A DNA stretch of 64,000 bases. It comes from an uncultured Actinomycetota bacterium. GTDB taxonomy: Bacteria > Actinomycetota > Acidimicrobiia > Spongiisociales > UBA4744. The notes under the pieces were generated by a model that was given only the letters and a program-made list of their open reading frames with translations, searched no databases and had not been told where the DNA came from. The position numbers and the translations under genes were made by a program. The stretch lies in contig CAVRAP010000008.1 of assembly GCA_963718995.1 (NCBI GenBank), positions 1,236 through 65,235 on the forward strand, in the 5' to 3' direction. Below, piece after piece: positions 1 through 8,771 of this stretch; position 1 is the stretch's first letter, and each line of letters starts with the position of its first letter.

Positions 1-2
1 CC

Positions 3-1316
3 CCGGAGATCCACGTGCCCCCACCGCTTCCAGACCGCTTCAGCCTAGAAGTCCGGCTGGGCCGCGATCACGACGTTGAGGAATGGCTTGCCACGGATAC
101 GGCCCTTGACCGACCGGTACTCATCCGGGTGCTCGGCCCGGAAACCTCAATCGATCGAAGGCAGGCCTTCGTCGACGATACGCGCTCCGGGGCAGCCCCA
201 ACGCACGTGCACCTCGTCTCCGTCTACGCAGCCGGTCTGATCGAAGAAGGCGCCTATTCGGTCACCGAGTGGGCAGGTGGTGTCTCCATGGCCGACCGCC
301 TCGCCGCCGGAGAGACGATCCCCGCAGCAGAATTCCTCCCCAACGCCGCCGGGCTGGCCGACGGACTCGCGGCTTTCCATCAGGCCGGTGGGATTCACGG
401 GGCGATAAGTGCGCGAGCGATCTACTACTCCGGGTCACACCCGGCCAAACTCGGTTCGTTTGGCCGCCCTCACTCCGGAGCGTCCGTTGCCGAAGACACA
501 CGCGCCCTGGCAGAGACCCTCGAGACCTGCATAACCGGTCGCCCGGTTGGAACGGCGACACCTTCCCAGGTGGTCGATGGGATTCCGGCGACGGTCGACG
601 AGGCCCTGCAGGCTGCCCGCGTGGGGAACCTCGATGCCGCCGGTCTCGCTCAGGTACTCCACGCCACGACGCAGAATCCACCGACGAAGCCGCCCGAGCC
701 AAAGTGGTCGTGGCGGTGGTTGGCCCCGGCCACCCTCCTCTCCTTCCTAGCCGTCGGGATCGTGGCCATTGGCCTGGTCCTTCCCTCCGGGCCCGGCTCG
801 CCGATTCTGTTCCCGGATACGCCTGCTGCCAGCACAACCACCCTCACGCTGGCCACGACCTCGACCTCCGTCTCCGTCGTTGACGGCAGCCCGGCCCTGA
901 CCGTACGGGCCTTCTCCTACGACCCGGAAGGCGACGGTAGCGAGCACGACGAGAACGTTCCGCTGGTGATCGACGGTGATCCCGCCACCAGCTGGCGAAC
1001 CGAGCGGTACTTCGACCCCCTTCCCCGCCTCAAGAGGGGGGTCGGCATCGTGTTCGAACTGACCGGTCGACCAAACCAGTTCCTGGCGACCGGCGTCAGC
1101 AACGCAACCGCCTACACCCTGATGTGGGCCGCCGAGTTACCGGCCAACGGTATCGAAGGATGGGAACGTCTGGCCAGCGGCACCGTGTCGGGAGAGCGTC
1201 TGAGTGCACAGATCCCGGAGCGGGAGAACGGTTATTGGCTGCTCTGGTTCACCGATCTCCCCACCCAGGAGGACGGCTTCTACGCATCGGTTGCGGAAGT
1301 ACGCTTCCTTCCATGA
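3..1316 (+). CDS. MviN/MurJ-associated pseudokinase domain, TM segment and extracytoplasmic C-terminal domain; frame is open to the window edge, so the 5' end is probably outside
   Basis: Kinase-like fold but catalytic motifs are degenerate: no VAIK lysine (VLIRVL), HRD loop replaced by IHGAISARAIYY, DFG replaced by KLGSFGR. One TM helix (WSWRWLAPATLLSFLAVGIVAIGLV) then a ~170-aa domain. No stop upstream in frame. Synteny with mycobacterial mviN-sigM-antisigM-trxB-trxC-cwlM. Confidence 0.6.
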   Translation, partial: PEIHVPPPLPDRFSLEVRLGRDHDVEEWLATDTALDRPVLIRVLGPETSIDRRQAFVDDTRSGAAPTHVHLVSVYAAGLIEEGAYSVTEWAGGVSMADRLAAGETIPAAEFLPNAAGLADGLAAFHQAGGIHGAISARAIYYSGSHPAKLGSFGRPHSGASVAEDTRALAETLETCITGRPVGTATPSQVVDGIPATVDEALQAARVGNLDAAGLAQVLHATTQNPPTKPPEPKWSWRWLAPATLLSFLAVGIVAIGLVLPSGPGSPILFPDTPAASTTTLTLATTSTSVSVVDGSPALTVRAFSYDPEGDGSEHDENVPLVIDGDPATSWRTERYFDPLPRLKRGVGIVFELTGRPNQFLATGVSNATAYTLMWAAELPANGIEGWERLASGTVSGERLSAQIPERENGYWLLWFTDLPTQEDGFYASVAEVRFLP

Positions 1317-1894
1317 GTTTTCGGGCCGTCGAAGATGCAGAACTGGTTGCGGCGTTCCTCGCGGGCGATCAACGAGCTTTCGATTCGCTCATGCGGGCCC
1401 ACGAAGACCGGGTCTTTGCCATCTGCCTCCGCATCCTCACCCATCGGGACGCCGCCCTGGATGCTGTTCAAGAGACCTTCATCACCGTGTACCGGAAGGC
1501 TCAGCAGTTTTCGGGTGCTTCGGCTTTCAGCACCTGGTTGTACCGGATTGCGGTCAACACGTGTTACGACCAACTTCGTCGCAGCAAACGCCACCAGGCC
1601 CAGCCTCTCCCGGAAACCAGCGATCCGGCCGATGCTCGTTCCCAGGACCTCCTCGGATCGGTCGAACTACGACCCGACCTCGAACATGCCCTCGCGACGC
1701 TGGCCCCAGAGTTTCGCGTGGCCGTGGTGTTGAGCGACCTCGAAGGCCTCCCTCTCCAGGCGATAGCGGAAGCACTCGATGTGCCCATCGGAACGGTGAA
1801 GTCGCGGGTCTTTCGCGGCAGGCGACTTCTCGCTGAACATCTCAGGAACTTTTCGGGTCCCTCGGTTCATCAAAGAGGTGAACATGATGCATGA
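1313..1894 (+). CDS. ECF (sigma-70 family) RNA polymerase sigma factor, SigM-like by synteny
   Basis: Regions 2 and 4 recognisable (FITVYRKAQQF...STWLYRIAVN; LSDLEGLPLQAIAEALDVPIGTVKSRVFRGRRLL). ATG at 1313 overlaps the upstream stop (ATGA). Confidence 0.85.
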   Translation: MSFRAVEDAELVAAFLAGDQRAFDSLMRAHEDRVFAICLRILTHRDAALDAVQETFITVYRKAQQFSGASAFSTWLYRIAVNTCYDQLRRSKRHQAQPLPETSDPADARSQDLLGSVELRPDLEHALATLAPEFRVAVVLSDLEGLPLQAIAEALDVPIGTVKSRVFRGRRLLAEHLRNFSGPSVHQRGEHDA

Positions 1895-2681
1895 GCACGA
1901 CTTCGATGTGATCGCCGCTATCGCCGAGGGCGACCTGGGACCCGCACAACAACAAGCCGCGGAGGCCCAACTCGAGTCTTGCCAGGATTGCCGCAAGGAT
2001 CTGCAACTCCAACGGGAGGCGCTCGTTCTCCTTCGGTCGGCCCCGACGGTGAACATGACCGATCTCGAGCGAGCTTCGGTACACAGAGCCGTTGCACAGC
2101 ACGTTGGCCCGGCCGCCCCAACGTCGCGCCTTCAGCCAAAAGCGCCGTGGTTCCAACGTTTGATGCCGGTGATGACCGCCGCTGCGGCCCTCCTGGTCGT
2201 CGTCGGGGTTGGTTCGGTTCTCGTCAGCGGCTCGAACGACGCCGGGTCTTCCTCCGAAACAACCTCCGCCGCGACCAGTGGTAGCGCAGAAAACAGCAAC
2301 ACCGAAGAGATGGCTGAGATCTCCGGGGCTCTCAGCGATGACGGTGCCGAGATGACGACCACAACCATGGCTTTGGCAGCACCAGGCGTTTCCACTATCC
2401 AAGAGTTTGGCTCTATTTCCCGAACCGATCTGGCAGATATCGCCACACAACTGAAGCAGTCGGAGCCAACCGCAACGGAGGATGACTACTCCGCTGACAA
2501 CCTCCGCTCGCTCAGCCTCGAACCGGCTCTCGTCTGCTCCGACGTAGCCATAGCCGATGGCAGTGTCACGGCCATTGGGCGAGCGATCGTCGACGGTGAC
2601 CCTGTTGAGATCTATCGAATCGCTGACCTCGTTGCGGTGTACTCCACTACGGATTGCAGCTTGATCGACCAATTCAAGTGA
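1884..2681 (+). CDS. anti-sigma factor, zinc-binding N-terminus plus single TM and extracytoplasmic domain
   Basis: HEHD...CQDCRKD H/C motif immediately downstream of and overlapping the ECF sigma; TM segment VMTAAAALLVVVGVGSVLV; SD AAGAGG 5 nt upstream of the ATG at 1884 (GTG at 1878 also possible). Confidence 0.7.
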   Translation: MMHEHDFDVIAAIAEGDLGPAQQQAAEAQLESCQDCRKDLQLQREALVLLRSAPTVNMTDLERASVHRAVAQHVGPAAPTSRLQPKAPWFQRLMPVMTAAAALLVVVGVGSVLVSGSNDAGSSSETTSAATSGSAENSNTEEMAEISGALSDDGAEMTTTTMALAAPGVSTIQEFGSISRTDLADIATQLKQSEPTATEDDYSADNLRSLSLEPALVCSDVAIADGSVTAIGRAIVDGDPVEIYRIADLVAVYSTTDCSLIDQFK

Positions 2682-2723
2682 TCGGCCGAAAATCCGTCCA
2701 GAGATCAAGCTAACCTGCAATCC

Positions 2724-3014
2724 ATGGACGAACTTGCCACGCGCTTTGCTGATTTGCTCGAAAACACCGCGCTCAAGGTGCGGTCACTGACAATCGATCG
2801 CCTCGATCGGGCCGTCAAGCTCACGGCCCTGGGGATCATCGCCGCCACGCTCGGCGCCATTGCCGTCGTATTTCTGATTCGCGCCGTATTTCAAGCCGTA
2901 GCGGTTCCGCTCGGCGTGCTCGGCGCCTACGCCCTGTTCGGGGGACTTTTTGTGGTCGGCGGTGCGTTCATGTGGGCGATACGCAAGCGCCAACCGAAAG
3001 AAGACAATGGCTGA
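2724..3014 (+). CDS. small hypothetical membrane protein (2 predicted TM helices)
   Basis: 96-aa ORF with two hydrophobic helices between the anti-sigma gene and trxB; 8-nt overlap with the trxB start. Confidence 0.45.
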   Translation: MDELATRFADLLENTALKVRSLTIDRLDRAVKLTALGIIAATLGAIAVVFLIRAVFQAVAVPLGVLGAYALFGGLFVVGGAFMWAIRKRQPKEDNG

Positions 3015-3927
3015 AAAAGTAATCATTATCGGCTCCGGGCCGGCCGGGTTGACCGCGGCCATCTACGCCGCCCGGGCCGACCTCGACCCCCTGCTGTTCG
3101 AAGGAAGCCAGGCCGGTGGACAGCTGATGCTGACGACCGAAGTCGAGAATTATCCGGGTTTCCCCGATGGGATCCTCGGACCCGATCTGATGGATCACAT
3201 GCGCAAACAGGCGCAACGGTTTGAAACCCGGATCCAAACCGCCGACGTCAGCAAGGTCGATTTCAGCTCGCGTCCGTTCAAGGTGTGGGTCGGCGGTGAT
3301 GAACACCTCGCAGAGTCGGTCATCATCTCAACGGGGGCGTCCGCCCGGTGGCTTGATGTTCCCGGAGAAGAACGGCTGCGTGGTCGCGGAGTTTCGGCCT
3401 GTGCAACGTGCGATGGTTTCTTCTTCCGCGACCGGCAGATCGCCGTCGTGGGTGGGGGCGACTCGGCCATGGAAGAGGCGATGTTTCTCACCAAGTTCGC
3501 TTCGAAGGTGACGATCATCCACCGCCGGGATGAATTTCGCGCCTCGGCCATCATGGCCAAGCGGGCTCTCGAACATCCCAAGATCGAAGTGATTTGGGAT
3601 ACCGTCGTCGAGGCGATGCTCGGAGATGATGAAATCTCCGGGCTCACCCTCCGCAACCTGAAGACCAACGAGATCACCGATTTCCCCACTGAGGGTGTCT
3701 TCGTTGCCATCGGCCACACCCCCAACACCGAGATCTTCCAGGGACAACTCGCCATGGACGCGGTGGGCTATCTGGCCCTGCGGGGCGACGGTTCCACGGC
3801 CACATCAGTCGAAGGGGTATTTGCGGCAGGCGACGTTGCAGATTCGATCTACCGACAAGCGGTTACGGCCGCCGGGACCGGATGCCAGGCGGCCATCGAC
3901 GTGGAACGCTGGCTCGACCAGGAATGA
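3007..3927 (+). CDS. trxB: thioredoxin-disulfide reductase
   Basis: GSGPAG FAD motif, CATC redox-active disulfide, GGGDSA NADPH motif; ATG at 3007 (internal to a longer track ORF). Confidence 0.9.
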   Translation: MAEKVIIIGSGPAGLTAAIYAARADLDPLLFEGSQAGGQLMLTTEVENYPGFPDGILGPDLMDHMRKQAQRFETRIQTADVSKVDFSSRPFKVWVGGDEHLAESVIISTGASARWLDVPGEERLRGRGVSACATCDGFFFRDRQIAVVGGGDSAMEEAMFLTKFASKVTIIHRRDEFRASAIMAKRALEHPKIEVIWDTVVEAMLGDDEISGLTLRNLKTNEITDFPTEGVFVAIGHTPNTEIFQGQLAMDAVGYLALRGDGSTATSVEGVFAAGDVADSIYRQAVTAAGTGCQAAIDVERWLDQE

Positions 3928-3957
3928 ACCCGCGTCGTTTGCTGTTTCTGGGTACTC

Positions 3958-4305
3958 ATGAGCAAAGGGAGAATTTTGATGGGTGAAAACGCTATGACGG
4001 TTACCGACGCGAACTTTGAGGAGTCCGTCGCCGGGGATAAGGCCGTACTGGTCGATTTCTGGGCTGAATGGTGCGGGCCGTGCAGGATGGTTGCCCCTGT
4101 CCTGGAAGAAATAGGCAAGGAATATCCGGATCAGATCACCATCGCCAAACTGAATGTCGACGAAAATCCTGCCGTTGCGGCCAATTACGACGTGATGTCG
4201 ATCCCAACCATGATCGTTTTCCAACAGGGCGTCGAAAAGAAACGCATCGTGGGAGCCCGACCCAAGCACATGATGGTGTCGGAACTCGCCCAGTTTCTGA
4301 ACTGA
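3958..4305 (+). CDS. trxA: thioredoxin
   Basis: WCGPC active site, ~108-aa thioredoxin fold; alternative starts at 3979 or 3994. Confidence 0.9.
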   Translation: MSKGRILMGENAMTVTDANFEESVAGDKAVLVDFWAEWCGPCRMVAPVLEEIGKEYPDQITIAKLNVDENPAVAANYDVMSIPTMIVFQQGVEKKRIVGARPKHMMVSELAQFLN

Positions 4306-4459
4306 GCCGTCGTATCTGCTCCGACGAGCGCTGGGACGTCGCCGCGCCCGTCGCGGCTTCTCGGGTCGCCTTTCCCTGGCCGGGTGCTGAACCGTCCTGA
4401 GCACCATCCGATCTTCGCCCATCTATCCGCGTATCAACCAAACCTGCGACGATAGAGAC

Positions 4460-5470
4460 ATGAGGCTCTACCGTTTGGGAGACGCGGGGACTGCGGTGCG
4501 GGATATCCAGGACCGGCTCAGCGCACTCGGCTACCCGTGCAGCGCGGACCCGCGCAGCGAGTACGGCCAAGCCACCCTTTCTGCGGTTGTTGGTTTCCAG
4601 CGCCGTCGCGGCCTTCCCGCTGATGGAATCGTCGGGTCGGAGACCTGGAGAGCGATCTACGAGGCCGGGTTTCGCCTGGGTGACCGTTTGCTCTACCTCC
4701 GCCGTCCGATGCTGCGCGGTGATGATGTCGCCGAACTTCAACGCAGGCTCAACTCACTCGGGTTTGATGCCGGCAAGATCGACGGGATACTCGGTTCCAA
4801 TACGTTGCGGGCCCTGGTCGACTTCCAGCAGAACCGGCGAATGGCAGAAGACGGCATCGCAGGACCCCGCACGCTCGCCGAGCTTCGCCTCGTGGCAAGA
4901 GCCACGCAGAAGACGGGTCGCGAGGCTATCCGCGAGCGCGAGTGGCTCCGCGAACTTCCCCACTCGGTAGTCGGGGCCCACATCTTCCTCGATCCAGCCT
5001 GCCGTGACACAGACGAGGCCGACCGGACCTGGTCGGCGGCCAGCGCAACCGCCTCGATTTTGCAGCAACTGGGAGCAATCCCGCTCCTGTCACGAAGCAG
5101 CGACACCACGCTCCCCGAGCGGATTCGAGCGCGTCGCGCGAACCGCCTCGGCGCGTCGCTCATTGTCTCGTTTCAGCTTCCCTATGCCGAACCGGCGTCC
5201 GTATTCTTCTTCGCCTCACCGATGAGCAGGAGTGAGGCGGGGGCCATGCTGGCTGCGGCCATCTCCGAACGGCTCGGTCTGCCCGTCGAAGGCCGCGCCC
5301 ACCCGATCCTCAAGGAGACGAGAGCGCCGGCCGTCGTGGTGGCGACCGACACAATGAACGAGGCAGCGGGCAAGGTCGTGGCTGAGGCGATCAGCGGGTT
5401 CTTCTCTTCCGCCCAGACCGACGTCGACAACCCTCCCCCCCACGGTTCTGGACTATCGGGCCTCCTCTAG
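4460..5470 (+). CDS. cwlM: N-acetylmuramoyl-L-alanine amidase (CwlM-like): two peptidoglycan-binding repeats plus an amidase_3 domain
   Basis: Two PG_binding_1-like repeats (ALGY...GxxT / LGFDAGKIDGILGSNT) followed by an amidase_3-like region; synteny with mycobacterial cwlM. Confidence 0.8.
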   Translation: MRLYRLGDAGTAVRDIQDRLSALGYPCSADPRSEYGQATLSAVVGFQRRRGLPADGIVGSETWRAIYEAGFRLGDRLLYLRRPMLRGDDVAELQRRLNSLGFDAGKIDGILGSNTLRALVDFQQNRRMAEDGIAGPRTLAELRLVARATQKTGREAIREREWLRELPHSVVGAHIFLDPACRDTDEADRTWSAASATASILQQLGAIPLLSRSSDTTLPERIRARRANRLGASLIVSFQLPYAEPASVFFFASPMSRSEAGAMLAAAISERLGLPVEGRAHPILKETRAPAVVVATDTMNEAAGKVVAEAISGFFSSAQTDVDNPPPHGSGLSGLL

Positions 5471-5480
5471 GCTTTCACTA

Positions 5481-5498
5481 TTACGTCACGTGACGTAA
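5481..5498. repeat. perfect 18-bp palindrome TTACGTCACGTGACGTAA between convergent cwlM and parB; candidate bidirectional terminator hairpin or protein-binding site
   Basis: Equals its own reverse complement; sits in the 42-bp gap between two convergent stop codons. Confidence 0.4.
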
Positions 5499-5512
5499 TG
5501 CTCCCTGAGCCA

Positions 5513-6373
5513 TTAGGCCGAAAAGAACTGCCGATAGATCCGCTCGAGATCGTCGAGGGAGCTGAAATCGATGACCAGCTTGCCGCGATCGTTGGCGTAC
5601 TTGATCTTCACCCTGGTCGACAACTGGTTGCGAAGTCGCTGCTCGAGCTCGACGATGGCGGCCGGCCGCGCCGGGGTCGCCCGCCGGCCGCTGTGATCCT
5701 CGGACACTGCCTGGTTGCGCGATCGGACCGCATCCTCTACTTGACGTACAGACCAACCTTCTTCGACTGCCCGATCGGCGATGTGCTCTGCAAATTTACG
5801 GTCCTCGAGACCAAGCAACGCCCGTGCATGTCCCGCCGACAGCTCACCCCGTTCCAGCTTCCCCTGGATGGCAGCCGGAAGTTGCAGGAGACGGAGAGAG
5901 TTGGTGATCGCCGACCGACTCTTCCCAACCCGGTTGCCCACCTCTTCGTGGGTAAGCCCGAAATCTTCTAACAACTCCTGGTAGGCAGTGGCTTCCTCGA
6001 GAGCGCTGAGATCCTCCCGCTGGAGGTTTTCCACCAGAGCCTCGGTAAGAAGCGACCGATCGTCGCTCTCCCTGATAATGGCAGGGATTTCCGTGAGACC
6101 GACCTTCCTGGCAGCTCTCCACCGTCGTTCGCCGGCAACCAGCGTGTATGAACCCTCTTCCGCTTCGCGAACGATGATGGGCTGCAAAACCCCGACCTCT
6201 ACGATCGACGCAGCCAATGAAGCGAGGGCCTCTTCGTCGAACATGGACCGGGGCTGATGGGGGTTTGCCGAGACACGGTCGATCGGAATAACCGCAAAGC
6301 CGAGGTGGTTCTCCTCGCCTTTCGGGATGAGCGCCTCGAGTCCTCGTCCAAGTCCACTCCTACGCGTTGCCAT
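5513..6373 (-). CDS. parB: chromosome partitioning protein ParB
   Basis: GLGRGLEALI N-terminus, ParB box II (GERRWRAA), HTH; SD GGAGG 9 nt upstream of the ATG. Confidence 0.9.
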   Translation of the reverse strand: MATRRSGLGRGLEALIPKGEENHLGFAVIPIDRVSANPHQPRSMFDEEALASLAASIVEVGVLQPIIVREAEEGSYTLVAGERRWRAARKVGLTEIPAIIRESDDRSLLTEALVENLQREDLSALEEATAYQELLEDFGLTHEEVGNRVGKSRSAITNSLRLLQLPAAIQGKLERGELSAGHARALLGLEDRKFAEHIADRAVEEGWSVRQVEDAVRSRNQAVSEDHSGRRATPARPAAIVELEQRLRNQLSTRVKIKYANDRGKLVIDFSSLDDLERIYRQFFSA

Positions 6374-6386
6374 GGGTAGATGCCTC

Positions 6387-7174
6387 CTAGTCGCGACCGT
6401 GTCGCCTGCGAAACTCTCGTCCCAGTTCCCGATACACGATCGCCGCCCCTACTCATTGGATCAAATGCCTCGATGGGTTCTCCATAGGATGGCGCCTCGG
6501 ACAAACGCACCGATCGGGGAATGACGGTCTTGAACGCCACATCGCCAAAGAAGTTCCTGACTTGCGCCACCACATCTCTCGAGAGGTTCGTGCGACCATC
6601 GAACATAGTCAGAACGACCCCGCCGATCTTGAGATCACGATTGAGGTTGCCGGAAACGAGTTCAATATTCTTCATCAATTGGCTGAGTCCCTCGAGGGCG
6701 TAGTACTCGCACTGAATCGGGATCAAAACTTCGCTCGAGGCGGCCAGGGCATTGATCGTCAAGAGGCCCAGGGATGGTGGGCAATCGATCAGAACGAAAT
6801 CGAAGTCCTTCTCAATATGGGAAAAGGCTTCCCGTAGGCGCAATTTCGCGGGAGAACATCGAAACCAGTTCGATTTCCGAGCCTGCCAGGTCGATCGTAG
6901 CCGGAACAACAAAGAGATCACGGACGCTCGTTGGTTCGATAACATCCACCAGGGGAGCGTTCCGAATGATGACGTCGTAAATTGAAGAGGTTATGGCAGA
7001 TCGGTCGATGCCGAGACCGGAGGTGCTGTTTCCCTGGGGATCGAGATCGACCACGAGGACCCGCTCGCCCTGATAGGACAGGGCGGCAGCCAGATTGATC
7101 GCGGTGGTTGACTTCCCCACGCCACCCTTCTGGTTGGTGATAGCGACAACGGTGAAGTCGTGTTCAGTGTTCAC
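6387..7174 (-). CDS. parA: chromosome partitioning ATPase ParA/Soj, interrupted in this sequence by two apparent +1 frameshifts (near 6844 and near 6445)
   Basis: N-terminal Walker A (KGGVGKST) and C-terminal part lie in different frames; removing one base from the aaa/ttt run at 6844-6846 restores SRELRLREAFSHIEKDFDFVLIDCPPSLG. A third frame gives the canonical C-terminus SRGAIVYRELGREF ending in a TAG that overlaps the parB SD. GTG start at 7174. Confidence 0.75.
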
Positions 7175-7817
7175 TGGGCTCCATGATAAGAAGTGAGACG
7201 GCGCCGTCAAGGACCGTTGCCGGAACCTCAACAATCCGCAGCGATCGTCCCGAGGCCGAAGGTCCGGCCACCGAGAGAACCGACCGCCGGCCGCGGATGC
7301 CCACCACGGCTCTGCCCTCCGGACGACACAACGCATCGGCAACGTCCCGCGCCCGGGCGGGTGGGAAAACAGCCCTGAATACGGCGCTTTCCCACCCCGA
7401 AGGCTCCTCGAGGGCGTCGCCCCGCTGCACATCGACATTCTCGAGGCCCAGTCGCCGTACGGCCCGCCGGGCCAGATCGAGTCGGCGGTCCGACCGATCC
7501 AAGAGGATGATCTGGGTCTGTGGCCAGAGAATCGCCAGGGGAATACCAGGGAGGCCAACGCCCGCACCAACGTCGAGCACCTGGCTAGGAGGACCATCCG
7601 GCCATCCGACGGCAAAACTGAGGGAGTCGGCGATATGGCGGGTCCAGATCCGCTCAGACTCGTGCGGTCCGATGCCCCCGGCTCGCACGGCCTCGTCGTT
7701 CAACCACGTCACGAATGATTCGAGTTGCGTCCACTGCGCTGAGGCCAGGGGTTCCGGCCATTTCAGCCAGCCGAGGATCCGCCCGACAGCCTCACGGCCC
7801 TCCTCAGCATGTTTCAC
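7164..7817 (-). CDS. rsmG: 16S rRNA (guanine527-N7)-methyltransferase RsmG (GidB)
   Basis: SAM-binding LDVGAGVGLPG motif; conserved position between jag and parA. Confidence 0.85.
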   Translation of the reverse strand: MKHAEEGREAVGRILGWLKWPEPLASAQWTQLESFVTWLNDEAVRAGGIGPHESERIWTRHIADSLSFAVGWPDGPPSQVLDVGAGVGLPGIPLAILWPQTQIILLDRSDRRLDLARRAVRRLGLENVDVQRGDALEEPSGWESAVFRAVFPPARARDVADALCRPEGRAVVGIRGRRSVLSVAGPSASGRSLRIVEVPATVLDGAVSLLIMEPSEH

Positions 7818-7825
7818 GTGAAACT
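7810..7825. promoter_or_regulatory. parS centromere-like site (TGTTTCACGTGAAACT)
   Basis: 15/16 match to the parS consensus TGTTNCACGTGAAACA; overlaps the rsmG start codon. Confidence 0.75.
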
Positions 7826-7841
7826 CGAGGGATGCCCCTAC

Positions 7842-8771
7842 TTACTCGTCGGCCGCAATGACGACCGAGCGCCGTGGCTCTTCGCCTTCCGAATAGGTCC
7901 GGAGGCCTTCCATCTCGCCAATGGTGTCGTGAATGACCTTGCGCTCCGCAGCATTCATGGGTTCGACCATGACTTCACCGCCCTCGTCTAGGACCTGTTG
8001 GCCCAAGCGCTGGGCATAGATCTTCAGCGCTTCGCGCCGACGCTCTGCATATCCGGCAATATCGAGTCTGATTCGGGCAGATTCCTGGGTCTTTCGCTGC
8101 ACAACCGTCTTGGCCAACTCGTGAATGGACTGCAGAATCACGCCTCGCGACCCCACCAGCGCCTCGGTTTCGCTCCCGAGCACATCCGCGTAGATGATAT
8201 CGTCGTCAACTCGTGTCTCAACGGTTCCCTCGAGGCCGAACGCTCCGAGCAGACCCTCGAGGAATTCGCCCACGACGCTGGCCTGCTCTTCTCGGCTCAC
8301 GCTTTTCTCCTTTGGTTGTGTATCAGATGTTTTGCCGTCGCCGGCCTTGGCGGAACTTGCTGGAGTTCGTTGCTTGCCCGACGGGTTCGACCGACGAGAG
8401 GACCCCGCTTGTTGGGCCTGGCCGGACTTCTTTTGTTGATCGCGCCCCTGCCCGGAACGGCCCACCCGGTCTCGACCTTGGCCAGAAGCTGATCGCTGAT
8501 CGCCTCTTTGCCTGGAGCTGCCTGCTTGGGAACGCTCTTCCCGGGTGCCGTCGCCCTTACCCTTGGCAGAACGGGTGCGGCGCCGCTTCTTCGGACGGGG
8601 TTTCACACGGACGACGGCGTCGGTACGGCCAATGCCCAGAAAGCCTTTTTCGGGCTCCTGGAGCACCTCGACGTCTACATCATCACGGGATTCGATGCCC
8701 AACTCAGCCAACGCGGCCTCAACGGCTACCTCAACGGAAGGTCCTTTGACTTCTACCCACTCCACGGTCAC
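7842..8771 (-). CDS. jag: Jag/KhpB-family RNA-binding protein (Jag_N, KH, R3H) with a long basic low-complexity linker
   Basis: Jag N-terminal domain, C-terminal KH-R3H (GSRGVILQSIHELA...RKVIHDTI); conserved yidC-jag-rsmG order. Confidence 0.8.
   Translation of the reverse strand: MTVEWVEVKGPSVEVAVEAALAELGIESRDDVDVEVLQEPEKGFLGIGRTDAVVRVKPRPKKRRRTRSAKGKGDGTREERSQAGSSRQRGDQRSASGQGRDRVGRSGQGRDQQKKSGQAQQAGSSRRSNPSGKQRTPASSAKAGDGKTSDTQPKEKSVSREEQASVVGEFLEGLLGAFGLEGTVETRVDDDIIYADVLGSETEALVGSRGVILQSIHELAKTVVQRKTQESARIRLDIAGYAERRREALKIYAQRLGQQVLDEGGEVMVEPMNAAERKVIHDTIGEMEGLRTYSEGEEPRRSVVIAADE

Noticed and set aside
262-837. 191-aa Arg/Pro-rich minus-strand ORF (and the similar 269..883 plus-strand ORF) inside the pseudokinase gene
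   Set aside because: Low-complexity translation typical of alternative frames in >65% GC DNA; fully nested in a domain-bearing gene on the other strand or frame.
5481-5498. The 18-bp palindrome as a second parS
   Set aside because: Only the CACGTG core matches; the flanking GTTT/AAAC arms are replaced by TACG/CGTA. The genuine parS is at 7810.
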